Virus record (IMG/VR): IMGVR_UViG_3300025133_000103
Location: 1 to 62,033 of that record
Length of the DNA: 62,033 bases
Direction: 5' to 3' (one strand)
Source: a virus
Taxonomy: Duplodnaviria > Caudoviricetes
In this document: piece by piece, positions 19,105 to 29,200 of the stretch
Position numbering within the stretch: the first letter of the stretch is position 1
Layout: every line of letters begins with the position of its first letter
Notes under the pieces: model-generated
Databases searched by the model: none
The model's input: the letters and a program-made list of their open reading frames with translations, nothing else
Told to the model about the DNA's origin: nothing
Position numbers and translations under genes: made by a program

Positions 19105-20520
19105 ATGGCTACTTTAGGTTCTACTAGGGGTACTGATATCCCTAATCTAGACACGGCGGGTTCTAACTATAGAATCACGCCCGAATCCTATACTACCGTT
19201 GATACACTGATTAAGGCAACAAAAGATGAGGTTATGCCTGATCTCGTTGAAACTTATGGCGATCAAGGTATTACTGGATTTTTAAAATTAACTGGCGCTA
19301 TTAACGCTGGTGGTGCCTCTGATCAGATCGACTGGTACGAAACAGGAAGACGGCACAAAACCCTCGCCTACACTGGCGGAAACACTACTATCGACGCCTC
19401 AGGCTCTGACTTCGTGACTATTACCGATGCTGCTGTAACAGCAGGATGTCAAGCAAATGATGTTCTTATGGACGCTACTAGCGGGGTCCGATTTATTGTT
19501 AAGTCTGGTGGATTTGGCACGGGATCTAGTGTTAATGTTGTCTTGCTAAAGCTTGACGGAACAGATGTTGCGGCTGCTGATATTGATGCTACGAGTGGAG
19601 GCACTTTGGTTGTTTTGGGTAATATGTATGCTCAAGGAACGAACCAACCAACTGCTTTCCGCGAGACCGATATCGAGCGCTACAAGAATCCATTTATGAT
19701 TGTTAAGGGCCGTCACGAAGTGAACGGTTCACAAGCAACAAACATCGGATGGGTGAACGTAGGTGGCGGTGAATACCGCTGGTTCATGTATGCTGAGCAA
19801 GAGGCGCGTAAGCGTTTTGAAGACCAGCGTGAGATGATGATGCTCTTCGGCGAGAAGATGGCTACGAGCGGTTCTGATACCGCTCTGGATAACGTAATTG
19901 CTGGTTCTGAAGGTTACTTCTCGGCTATCGAGGATCGCGGAATTCAAGTGAGCAACGCTAACGCTAACCCGCTCGATTCATTCGCAGAGTTTGACGACAT
20001 CATTATCGAGCTTGATAAGCAAGGAGCGCCATCTGAGTACGCTATGTACGTAAACAGAAAGCAAGACTTGGCTATCGACGACATGCTCGCTTCTGGTATC
20101 TCTACTGGCGTTACTGCTGGTTTGCCAGGACAGTTCGGTGCTTTCAACAACGATTCTGACATGGCTGTTAAGCTTGGCTTTAAGTCGTTTACTCGTGGAG
20201 GGTATACTTTCCACAAGCACGATTGGAAGCTGTTGAACGATCCTACTTTGTTGGGGGCATCTAACTACGTACAAGGGGCTATGGTTCCTATGTCGCAGGT
20301 TACTGACGCACGTTCAGGCATGAAGGCTCCGTCTTTGGCTATGTACTACAAAGAGGCTAACGGCTACTCTCGCGAGATGGATCACTGGGTAACTGGTGGT
20401 GGCGTTTTAGGACACACTAACAACGGTGATGTAGGAACTGACCAAGCGGTCTTCCACTACAGATCAGAAGTTGCTTTGTGTGTTAGAGCTGCGAATCAAC
20501 ACGTAATGATTAAGGGTTAA
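19105..20520 (+). CDS. major capsid protein (crAss-like HK97 fold)
   Basis: 471 aa with YGDQGITGFL, GSEGYFSAIEDRG and LGFKSFTRGGYTFHKHDW motifs, downstream of the scaffold gene. Confidence 0.85.
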   Translation: MATLGSTRGTDIPNLDTAGSNYRITPESYTTVDTLIKATKDEVMPDLVETYGDQGITGFLKLTGAINAGGASDQIDWYETGRRHKTLAYTGGNTTIDASGSDFVTITDAAVTAGCQANDVLMDATSGVRFIVKSGGFGTGSSVNVVLLKLDGTDVAAADIDATSGGTLVVLGNMYAQGTNQPTAFRETDIERYKNPFMIVKGRHEVNGSQATNIGWVNVGGGEYRWFMYAEQEARKRFEDQREMMMLFGEKMATSGSDTALDNVIAGSEGYFSAIEDRGIQVSNANANPLDSFAEFDDIIIELDKQGAPSEYAMYVNRKQDLAIDDMLASGISTGVTAGLPGQFGAFNNDSDMAVKLGFKSFTRGGYTFHKHDWKLLNDPTLLGASNYVQGAMVPMSQVTDARSGMKAPSLAMYYKEANGYSREMDHWVTGGGVLGHTNNGDVGTDQAVFHYRSEVALCVRAANQHVMIKG

Positions 20521-20565
20521 TCGTTGGTTAATCATTGATTACTAACTTTTAAAACTTAAGAAATT

Positions 20566-20907
20566 ATGAGACGATTTTTATATTTTGAAGCTGACGGTGA
20601 TGGCACAGCTGCCTTAGCCGTTCCAGTAGACCGAGTAGCTGGTATTGACGTAACTAGCGCTACTGCGTTTTCTATCTATTTTGATAGCATTGGCGCAGGT
20701 GGCGGTGGTGCCGATGATCATAGCGGTGATGTTGCTATTTCAAACGTAACGAGTGGAGATTGTAAAGTTGTTGTTGAGGCTATAGCCGACGCAATGCTTA
20801 ATTCTGCGGATCCATTTATTGTGGTTCTGGACGCTCAAAACGCTGAAGCAATTCACTCATCTATGACGGCTACTTCTGGCTCTTGTGCAATAACCTTAGA
20901 CGACTAA
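20566..20907 (+). CDS. hypothetical protein, paralog B1
   Basis: MRRFLYF...AVPVDRV...AIADA...CAITLD, resembling 21721..22038. Confidence 0.7.
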   Translation: MRRFLYFEADGDGTAALAVPVDRVAGIDVTSATAFSIYFDSIGAGGGGADDHSGDVAISNVTSGDCKVVVEAIADAMLNSADPFIVVLDAQNAEAIHSSMTATSGSCAITLDD

Positions 20908-20912
20908 TAATT

Positions 20913-21215
20913 ATGGAAAATAAACTACTTTTTTGCAGAGTCTCTGCATCCGATATGCTGGCACTTCCAGCTAGAGAGGTTATTGCTATAAGCAAAGCTC
21001 ACGCTACCGAACTTAAAATCTTTTTTGCAGGTTTGGATGTGACTGACAACGCTGGTGAGATATTGGTTGTAACTACTAATGCAAACACAAAAGCCGCTAT
21101 TAAGGCTATAGTTCATGAGATCAACTACGGGAAAACACCTATGTCTACCGTAGCGGATGGAGTTGACGGCGTGTATTTAAACGGTATTACAGCTGCGACA
21201 TCTAACACTAACTAA
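20913..21215 (+). CDS. hypothetical protein, paralog B2
   Basis: Likely start ATG at 20913 (MENKLLFC), with the same motif pattern as B1 and B3. Confidence 0.65.
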   Translation: MENKLLFCRVSASDMLALPAREVIAISKAHATELKIFFAGLDVTDNAGEILVVTTNANTKAAIKAIVHEINYGKTPMSTVADGVDGVYLNGITAATSNTN

Positions 21216-21221
21216 AACGTG

Positions 21222-21247
21222 AAAGGGGGCTTCGGCCCTACTTTTAC
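21222..21247 (+). terminator. probable intrinsic terminator
   Basis: GGGC-TTCG-GCCC hairpin followed by a T-rich run. Confidence 0.55.
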
Positions 21248-21282
21248 ACTTTAACTTTTAAAAAAAACAAAAATTAGAAAAT

Positions 21283-21654
21283 ATGAATGAATTAATTCTT
21301 TCAAAATTAAATGTGGCAACATGTAATGTGACTAAGCATTTAGTTTCTAACGGAGGTAGCGCTTCTCTTGCTGCAACAACAGCTGGAGATGGGTCTGCTA
21401 CTTTAGTTGGAGATGATGTTGCTGGAACCATTACGTTTGCAGACACATGGGCTGATGGTGACACTGTTGTTGTCACTTATGCTAATGCTTATGACAACGC
21501 ACCAATAGTATTGCTTACTGGCGCTCAAAATGTAAACGCTTCAGGTGCTGTTTTAGTAGAGGTAGATGCTCTTGCTAGTGCAACTACTGCTTTTACTATT
21601 ACTGCTAGTGGTACTTGTGTGGGATCTCTAGGCTACTTAGTTATTGGACAGTAA
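21283..21654 (+). CDS. putative structural protein
   Basis: 123-aa Thr/Ala/Gly-rich beta protein. Confidence 0.6.
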   Translation: MNELILSKLNVATCNVTKHLVSNGGSASLAATTAGDGSATLVGDDVAGTITFADTWADGDTVVVTYANAYDNAPIVLLTGAQNVNASGAVLVEVDALASATTAFTITASGTCVGSLGYLVIGQ

Positions 21655-21676
21655 TAACTAAGAACACTACTACGAG

Positions 21677-21706
21677 AAAGGCTCCTTCGGGGGCCTTTTT
21701 CTTTTT
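21677..21706 (+). terminator. intrinsic terminator
   Basis: AAAGGCTCC-TTCG-GGGGCCTTT followed by TTCTTTTT. Confidence 0.85.
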
Positions 21707-21708
21707 AG

Positions 21709-21716
21709 TATATTTG
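21709..21716 (+). promoter_or_regulatory. -7 promoter element TATATTTG
   Basis: Matches TAnnTTTG, with a 4-nt spacer before ATG 21721. Confidence 0.65.
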
Positions 21717-21720
21717 CATC

Positions 21721-22038
21721 ATGGCTAAATTCCTACAGTTTATAGACGATGCTGACGACGCAGCCACCTATCCCGTAGACAAGCTCATAGCAATTACTTG
21801 CGCGTCTAACGCGGCCCTAGTACTGAAGTTCTCGCCAGGTTCGCTAGGTACAGGACAATCAGCGTCTTTGGACTTCGTTACGTTGACTATAACGGCTGAT
21901 ACGGAGAAGTCGGTTATGACTAATATAGCCGATGCTATAACCCACAACGAAGACAATGTTGTTATTGTCGCAGACGACGTGAACAGCATATACCTAGATC
22001 CAGACATTACCGCTTGTGCCATCACGCTAGATGCTTAA
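21721..22038 (+). CDS. hypothetical protein, paralog B3
   Basis: MAKFLQF...TYPVDKL...NIADAI...CAITLDA. Confidence 0.7.
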   Translation: MAKFLQFIDDADDAATYPVDKLIAITCASNAALVLKFSPGSLGTGQSASLDFVTLTITADTEKSVMTNIADAITHNEDNVVIVADDVNSIYLDPDITACAITLDA

Positions 22039-22071
22039 TATTTTGAGTATATTTGTAGATAATTCAATTCA

Positions 22072-23694
22072 ATGAACGGGAAGTTTTTCTTATTCAAAAG
22101 AGACAGTCCTAATAAGGATTCAGAGGTTTTTTCCGACAATGGGAAAGGGCTTAGCCTTGTAGCTATTCCCGCTTCTAGCGTTTCTTATATGGCTGGTATA
22201 GAAGGTTCTATTAGTATCTTCTTTAACGACACCTCTCTGTTCGAAGAGAACAGCCTGCGAGAAGGGGAGTCGTTTGAAAAAACAAAGGTGTCTGTAGCGT
22301 GTGCCGTTGGTGAAGAGGACGAGCTTATGGAAGCTGTCATCAACTTCATTAATAGAGATACTCCGAATAACTTTATGCGCTTCGATGCTACGGGGGAGCG
22401 TAATACATTTAGGCAGACGGAAGTAGAGGCATCTGTCGATGCCTTTATAAGGTCACGTCCTGTGAGAAGAGGGGTAACGGGTAACGCCGCTATTCAGAAA
22501 ACCAACAACCTGACAATTCTTGACGGATTGGATTTCTTGTCATTAGCTAACTTGCCAATTATAGACTTCTCTCATACGGCATTAGGAGTCGCTAGATCGG
22601 ATATAGCTTCTATGGCTAATCACTCTAAAGCTACTGGTGGTTCTACTAAGAACGCTTCTATAACTTCAGGTAGTACAAAGATTTCCCCTATAGTAGCTGC
22701 TCCTGATGCTGCTTGTTCAACAAAAACCATAGACCTGGCAGCGGGTAAGCTTATAGAAAACACTAATGTTTCGGCAGGGACAGCTGGAACCTTTAATACG
22801 GATGAGGGGGGGTCTTCAGGTGGGACGTCTGACGCGGCTACGATGCGCCTAATAAGGCAGGGTGTTTATTATTCTGTTGCTAGAACATTAGAGCTTATAC
22901 AGCTGCCTTCTTTTGATGATATAACTACAAATGCTAGCCATGTTGTAACTCAGATGCTTGTGAATGATGAAGGAGGGGGGCTTCGTCCTAACGATATAAT
23001 TAGTTTTGAGCTCACTGGAAACTCTCTAGTGGGGTATCTGCGTCTTAATGATTTCCTTGGCAACTCTGATGGGAGCGGAGGGTTTAGGCCAGCTAAATTG
23101 GAGTTTGAAGATATTAATATTGATAACGACTACACTATATACGCTACTGTTGTTATCCCTCCTAACGCCCTAACCCAGCCCATATATGATGGCGATTCAG
23201 CTTCTTCTACAGAAGCAAAGGGTCTATTCCCTAGAGACTCCTTAGGGGATGAATTTGAGATCAGCCATCAAAACTCATCTACTTTCCCTTCTACTAAATT
23301 TAAAGCGATAAGATCTACTTTTCCTTTTAAGCAAGAGAGATTCCCAATGACGCCTGTCAGTTTGGGCGATGCGTTAACCGCTGGTTATACTGAGGCAGAT
23401 GTAAAAGAACCTCTTCTGACCTCCGAAGATAACCTTCATTGTTTTGTCATAAGGAGAACAAAAGACAGAGAAATTGTGGTTTACGACAGAAAGGGTGAGG
23501 TGGTCGCCACAAAGGCCCCAGGGCTAGATACAGACGGGAAGCTGAATATAGATAATTTCGGCATGGTTATAGGGCAAGATCAAGACCCTTGGCAGCAGAT
23601 GCGAATTGCTAGATTTGGAGTTGTAGCTAAAGATATAGGCGACACCCTTTCAAGGGATATAGCCGTACAGATGTTTGAGACGTACAGAGTTTAA
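22072..23694 (+). CDS. hypothetical multi-domain structural protein with B-family-like N-terminus
   Basis: 540 aa. N-terminus MNGKFFLF...AIPASSV, and a C-terminal beta-sandwich-like region. Confidence 0.65.
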   Translation: MNGKFFLFKRDSPNKDSEVFSDNGKGLSLVAIPASSVSYMAGIEGSISIFFNDTSLFEENSLREGESFEKTKVSVACAVGEEDELMEAVINFINRDTPNNFMRFDATGERNTFRQTEVEASVDAFIRSRPVRRGVTGNAAIQKTNNLTILDGLDFLSLANLPIIDFSHTALGVARSDIASMANHSKATGGSTKNASITSGSTKISPIVAAPDAACSTKTIDLAAGKLIENTNVSAGTAGTFNTDEGGSSGGTSDAATMRLIRQGVYYSVARTLELIQLPSFDDITTNASHVVTQMLVNDEGGGLRPNDIISFELTGNSLVGYLRLNDFLGNSDGSGGFRPAKLEFEDINIDNDYTIYATVVIPPNALTQPIYDGDSASSTEAKGLFPRDSLGDEFEISHQNSSTFPSTKFKAIRSTFPFKQERFPMTPVSLGDALTAGYTEADVKEPLLTSEDNLHCFVIRRTKDREIVVYDRKGEVVATKAPGLDTDGKLNIDNFGMVIGQDQDPWQQMRIARFGVVAKDIGDTLSRDIAVQMFETYRV

Positions 23695-23712
23695 TTTTAA
23701 TTTATATTTAAC

Positions 23713-24537
23713 ATGACACAAAAAGTCAAAAGAGCCCCAGGGCGGCCCAAGGCCGTGGCTCCAGCTCCAGTAGCTGCCGCCCCAGTTAGAAAGAGACCAG
23801 CTATCAAGCGTAAAGAGTCTCCAGACGAACACAAAGAGTACGAGATCCCTAAAGCGGCGGGCGTAGTCTTTATGCTCCCTCAGAAGGGCGTCACTGTCTA
23901 CGACAAGGAGAAAGATACGGTTCGTGAGATCCGCTATTGTCCTAACGAGCCGTCCGTATGGTCGGATGAGCAGGGAGATAAAGCTACACGGCAGTCCGTA
24001 GCCTTTAGAGAGGGTAAGCTGTTTGTTCCTAAGGATAAGCCTAACCTAAGACGGTTTATGGAGTTGCATCCGCAGAATATGGCTAACGGAGGTAGTGTCT
24101 TCCGCGAGGTCAATAAGAAGAGAGACGCTGAAAAAGAGCTTGAAAGAGAGTTCTTGGTCACTGACGCCATCTCTTTGGTGCGCGACAGCGACGTACAGGC
24201 ACTCTTGCCTATCGCTATGTACTTCAATATCAATATTAATACCCCTGTATCAGAGATACGGTTTAACCTCCTTAGAATCGCTAAGAACAAGCCTAAGGAC
24301 TTTATTGAGTCTTTTGACTCCCCACAGGTTAAATCCCGCTCTCTTATTCAGCAAGCTTCTGATTATCAGATTATTAATCTCAGAAATGACGGAGCGTATT
24401 GGTTTGACTCGAACAGCCTTATCGTCTCTACCCCTGTAGGACAGGATTCTATGGACGTTATGGTTCGGTTCTGCCTTACAGAGAAGGGCGCTTCTGTGCT
24501 TACAGCGCTAGAGGAACGCCTAATGAAACTAGGATAG
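23713..24537 (+). CDS. conserved crAss-related hypothetical protein
   Basis: VREIRYCPNEPSVW.DEQ and FMELHPQN motifs, positioned between capsid and tail-ring genes. Confidence 0.65.
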   Translation: MTQKVKRAPGRPKAVAPAPVAAAPVRKRPAIKRKESPDEHKEYEIPKAAGVVFMLPQKGVTVYDKEKDTVREIRYCPNEPSVWSDEQGDKATRQSVAFREGKLFVPKDKPNLRRFMELHPQNMANGGSVFREVNKKRDAEKELEREFLVTDAISLVRDSDVQALLPIAMYFNININTPVSEIRFNLLRIAKNKPKDFIESFDSPQVKSRSLIQQASDYQIINLRNDGAYWFDSNSLIVSTPVGQDSMDVMVRFCLTEKGASVLTALEERLMKLG

Positions 24538-24557
24538 CAGGTACATCATATCGTTAG

Positions 24558-24589
24558 AAAAGGCCGCTCTTTAGCGGCTTTTTCTTTTT
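24558..24589 (+). terminator. intrinsic terminator
   Basis: GCCGCT-CTTT-AGCGGC followed by TTTTTCTTTTT. Confidence 0.85.
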
Positions 24590-24591
24590 CG

Positions 24592-24599
24592 TATATTTG
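24592..24599 (+). promoter_or_regulatory. -7 promoter element TATATTTG
   Basis: Matches TAnnTTTG, with a 4-nt spacer before ATG 24604. Confidence 0.65.
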
Positions 24600-24603
24600 C
24601 GAT

Positions 24604-25359
24604 ATGGTAAGCGTATTACAGGTATACAATGCCTTAAAAGATCTGACGAATAAAGAGCAGAAAGGATTTGTCACCCCACAGGTGTTTAACTCTTTCGCGG
24701 CTTTAGCTCAGATGAATATATACAACGAGCTTTTTACGGAGCTTGTAGGCGCTAAGAAGTTAGGTCGGCAGAGCTTTGACCCAGGTCGAGATAAGTCGGT
24801 TCGTAAGCAGCGCTTAGAGGATCTTGCTTTTTTTATCAGAAAGAAGGAGTTGTTTAATAGCGGGTCTTTGTTTGCAAAGCCCACGAATTTATCTAAGATA
24901 ATTTCCCTTACAGTAGACAGCTTTGTCGATCCCACCGAAGGCGGGGTGGTAGAAGATCGAGTGACCTGCGAACTGGTTTATGATCCAGAGAAGATGGACA
25001 GGATTGTGGGTAGTAATCTGTCTGCCCCTACCTCTAACTTCCCTGTTGCTTTGGTGTCCACAAAAGACATAGAGATATTTCCAGACGAAGTTGAAATTGC
25101 AATTCTTACGTACTACGCCAAACCATCATCGTTTGATTCTGACGGGAATATTTCTCTCGGATCCCCATTCTACGACTTTGAAGTCGTGGGCTTTAACGGG
25201 GACGACCTGATTGAGTTACCTACTAGCAATTGCAGGGACTTTATGCTTCCGCCGCATTACTTAACAGAGGTTGTTATGGAGATGGCTAAACTTCTCGGTG
25301 TTAGACTGCGAGACCCGAACATCCAGACCTTTGCATCACAAGAAGAAGCATCTGAATAA
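24604..25359 (+). CDS. tail ring / head-tail adaptor protein
   Basis: NKEQKGFVTPQVFN..A..AQ N-terminus and ILTYYAKP motif, as in crAss-like ring proteins. Confidence 0.7.
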   Translation: MVSVLQVYNALKDLTNKEQKGFVTPQVFNSFAALAQMNIYNELFTELVGAKKLGRQSFDPGRDKSVRKQRLEDLAFFIRKKELFNSGSLFAKPTNLSKIISLTVDSFVDPTEGGVVEDRVTCELVYDPEKMDRIVGSNLSAPTSNFPVALVSTKDIEIFPDEVEIAILTYYAKPSSFDSDGNISLGSPFYDFEVVGFNGDDLIELPTSNCRDFMLPPHYLTEVVMEMAKLLGVRLRDPNIQTFASQEEASE

Positions 25360-26219
25360 TGAGCCAAGTAAAAGTAAAACTTAACCAGATCATTAAGGAC
25401 TTCATCATCACGCTTGATGGGGACGACTACGCGGGTAACGTATCCGATTCGGCTATACGTAACTTTGCGCTACGAGGTATACGTGAGATAGGGTTTGACC
25501 TTGGTAAGAAAATCAAGTCGCTAAAGCTGGATGTTCAGTCCAACGATACTGTCACTTTGCCAGACGATTTTGTTGATCTGCTTAAAGTAGGTATCGTTGA
25601 TGCCGATGGTATTATTAGGGTTTTTGGTAACAACAAGAACATCAACTATTCTAGACGAATATTACAAGATACTACGGCAGACGGCTCGACAACGGACGAC
25701 ACCGTTTATACGACTGATAGTTCGACGGGTCCAATGAATATTAATGCCAACTTAATTCTTGATAGGGAGGACTCTAAGACAGCTACTTCTGGTTCTGGTA
25801 ATTCAAGTCCCGATGCTGGTTCATACGTCTTTGACAATTACATGGCCCAAGGGGGTCCAGGTCGCCTATACGGTGTAGGAGGGGGTCATCTAGCGGGGGA
25901 GTACAGACTGAACCTGGATCAGAACAGAATTGAGATAGAGGCCAATAGCGGGTACTCAGAGGTTGTTATGGAGTACGTCGCTGATGAGGCTAGGTCTACA
26001 GACCCAGAAGTACACGTATATGCCGAGGAGGCCCTTAGGACGTATATGTACTACAAAATTATTGAGAGAAAATCTACAGTGCCTGCTAACGAGAAGGCTC
26101 GTGCCAGGTCTGAGTACTATAACGAGAGACGCAAAGCGAACGCTCGACTAAGCAACTTCTCTAAAGAAGAAGCCCTGAAGACCATTCGCAAGAACTTCCA
26201 ACAGGCACCTAAGTATTAA
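25359..26219 (+). CDS. tail ring / tubular protein
   Basis: VTLPDDFVDLLKVG, VVMEYVAD and VHVYAEEALRTY motifs. Confidence 0.7.
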   Translation: MSQVKVKLNQIIKDFIITLDGDDYAGNVSDSAIRNFALRGIREIGFDLGKKIKSLKLDVQSNDTVTLPDDFVDLLKVGIVDADGIIRVFGNNKNINYSRRILQDTTADGSTTDDTVYTTDSSTGPMNINANLILDREDSKTATSGSGNSSPDAGSYVFDNYMAQGGPGRLYGVGGGHLAGEYRLNLDQNRIEIEANSGYSEVVMEYVADEARSTDPEVHVYAEEALRTYMYYKIIERKSTVPANEKARARSEYYNERRKANARLSNFSKEEALKTIRKNFQQAPKY

Positions 26220-29200
26220 TGCCTATAGATAAACTTACACCTAGGCAGCTAGATGCTGACTCGGATAGCAAGCTCGTCAAGAAGACGGCTATGCTCGACG
26301 CGCTGAACCTCTACTCTGGAGACACAGGGGGTAGCGGTGGTGATGGGGATATGGGGGTCCTTAAGAATATCAAGGGGAACCGCAAGGTTACAGAAGCAGA
26401 AGCTCTACCTAACGACGCTAGGGTTATAGGTAAAGTTGAGGACAAGAAGACCAGTTTGGTTTATCTGTTTGTTTACAGCGAAACAGCTGCTGAGCAGGGT
26501 GTCTGGGCTTACGATCCTCTAGGTCGGCTCCCAAATTCCGAAACGAACAGCCTACGCCTTATATACAAGAGCGCACAGTTTAACTTTCCGCAGGATGGCT
26601 TTGTGAAGGGTGATATTGTTTATAGCAATGCCAGAACGGAAGGGGTGGCGGCGGCCTTCGGCGAGCTGGGTGTTGACTTTGATAAAGACACTCTTATTTA
26701 TTTTACAGATAATACAAACGAGCCCCGTAAGATAAACGCATACAGAGCTCTTTTGGCTAATGGGTCAGCAATACACGGCGAAGAGGATATATATGCCGAG
26801 GCAGATTTTATTACAGCTTGTCCTAAGACACCTATCAAGCCTATTTCTTTTTTCTTCAGGGCCGATACGTCTAAACCAACAAATAACTTTTTGGGTGTTC
26901 CAGGGTTCCAGTTTGCTTATCAGAACATATATAAAGACGGTATAGAGTCGGCTATCTCATGCTATTCAGATATAGCCTTCCCTCCCTCTGTAATTAATCA
27001 AGGGGCTTCACCAAATCCAAACCATGAAGCGGTAAACGAATGTGTTCTAACCATCCCCTCTCAAGGACCAGAAATTGAATCTGTTCGTATTGTTGCTAGG
27101 CAGGGCAACACAGGGAGTTTTTTGGTTGTCGATGAAATAGACAACACTCCAGGCGATTTAGAGTATAGCTTTTACAATGACAGAATTGTAACGGGAGTAA
27201 GTACGGACGAAGTAAATAAGCAGTTCGATTCTGTACCTAGAAAGGCCCAAGGCCAAACAACCTCATCCAATAGGATGATGTACGGGAACTATTTAGATGG
27301 GTTTGATAACGTACAAACCTCCTGTACAGCCACCCTTACGTACTCCGAAAGGCCCCAAGATTTTGTGGACTTCAATATAAAGGTTCGTCCTAGTATTGGG
27401 GTTCATCAAGATCAAGTGCAAAGCACGGCAACCACACGTAAGTCTGCTGGTTTCTTTCTAGACTGTAGGCACCTCCCCTCTTCTATTTCGGCAGGAGGAA
27501 ATTTCGAGGTTAAGCTCTCTTTTTCCCCAGACAGAAACTGGCACCTATACAACTGTGACGGATCTTATCATCAGTCGCATCAAGTAGGGTTTCTAAAGCA
27601 GGTAAATCCAAATGTTCTATTTGATTCGGTAAACGAAGAGGATCTTTATAGGATAACCTCTCCTGAGGAGGCGGGATCAGTACATCTGATTGATAATGAT
27701 TTTTCCTGCTGGGGGGCAGTGCTCGTGAACGAAGATTCAAGTGGTGTTGACTCAGCATCAAACATGTGGGCTCCCCAGTTTACACCTGCTCTAAATTCGC
27801 AAAATTTTTCTTCGGTTCAATCGGACCCATTCGCCGTAAAAATAGGATCTAGCGCGGGGTCCCCTCTAATACTTGCGGGCGGTGCTATTACGTTTTCCGT
27901 GAAGTTTACTGTTAACCAAGATATAGACGATAATTTTCCTATAGCGGTGGGTAGTTTTCTTGAGAGCGCTTTTAGCGGGGGAGACGGAGGGAATGCGGCT
28001 TTTAGTATAACCGAAAGTAAGTTAGAGAGCTCTTATGATATAAACCTCGGACTTGGGGACGGAGACAAGATAAAGCAGGATTACGTAGGAAAATCTAATA
28101 GCGACTCTAAGTCCAGGCTAATAATGCCTGTTGGCGGCAAATCCCAACTCTCTGGTGCGCCTCATGGTCATGTTATAATAAACAAAGCCACCCCTGTCTT
28201 TGGTTTAGAGGTCGCCAAGAACGAGCAGATAGGTCCTGGTGACGAATTTAATTCTAGACCATTTGGTACGGCGTCTTTTGTCTTTAAGTTAAAGAGCATA
28301 GGGGATGACCCTGAGGTTCATACGTGTCTTAGAAGCGCTTTTAACTTTGTGCCTGACGGGGAGTCTCCGTTACCAAGCTATATTGGAGGCCCGTCACAAT
28401 CTTCTCTAGAGGGATATCCTTTGGATTGGCTTGTGATCACTAAAGCAACCCTATCAGATCCTGATTTTGACGATATTTCCTCCTTTTTTGCGGATAACGG
28501 ATACCCCGCTGTTGTCAATCCCGATAATAACGAAATCGCCTATTCTCCAGAGGAGGTATTCGGAGTGTGGGCATTTTCGCCTCAGGTTGACGTTACCACT
28601 GTAGGAGGAACCGTGCTAGATCCTATTGTTACTATTGAGCCCTCCGAGTATAATATCCCTGTATTTCAGCAGTATTGGGTAAATCAAATAGGGTATATCG
28701 CTGATCCGAACTCTATTTTTGACCCAGAGGTACCTGGAATATGCTTGATGGACGGCGAAGGTGGACCTGGAGGAGGGGTGTCTAGAGGTGGGGGCGGCAA
28801 CCCTTACGACGACATAAAGCTTTTCGATCAAGGTTCTGTATTGTGTACTCCTCTTTTAGTTCCAGATAACGAAGGAGAAGGGGACGGGTTACCCAATGTG
28901 GCATACGGAACGCAAGATCAAACTACGTTTTTTAGAGGAAGGATTGATTTTAAAACAACTATGCTAAGCAATGGTGTAGATAACCAGACGGCACTTCCTT
29001 TGATTGTTAAAGAGATAAATGAAAATGAAGGGTACGACTCCACAATGCCATACCCTGTTCCTTTTAAAGAGGATGACGGGGATGCGCTAGACGCAAGTTC
29101 TGTGAACTTCAAGCCCCTTCAGTCCTTTGTGGAGGTTTTGAGTAGCGCATTTAACTTCGATATTGAAACCGATTTTAGCAGGACCTTTAAGTCAAATGCT

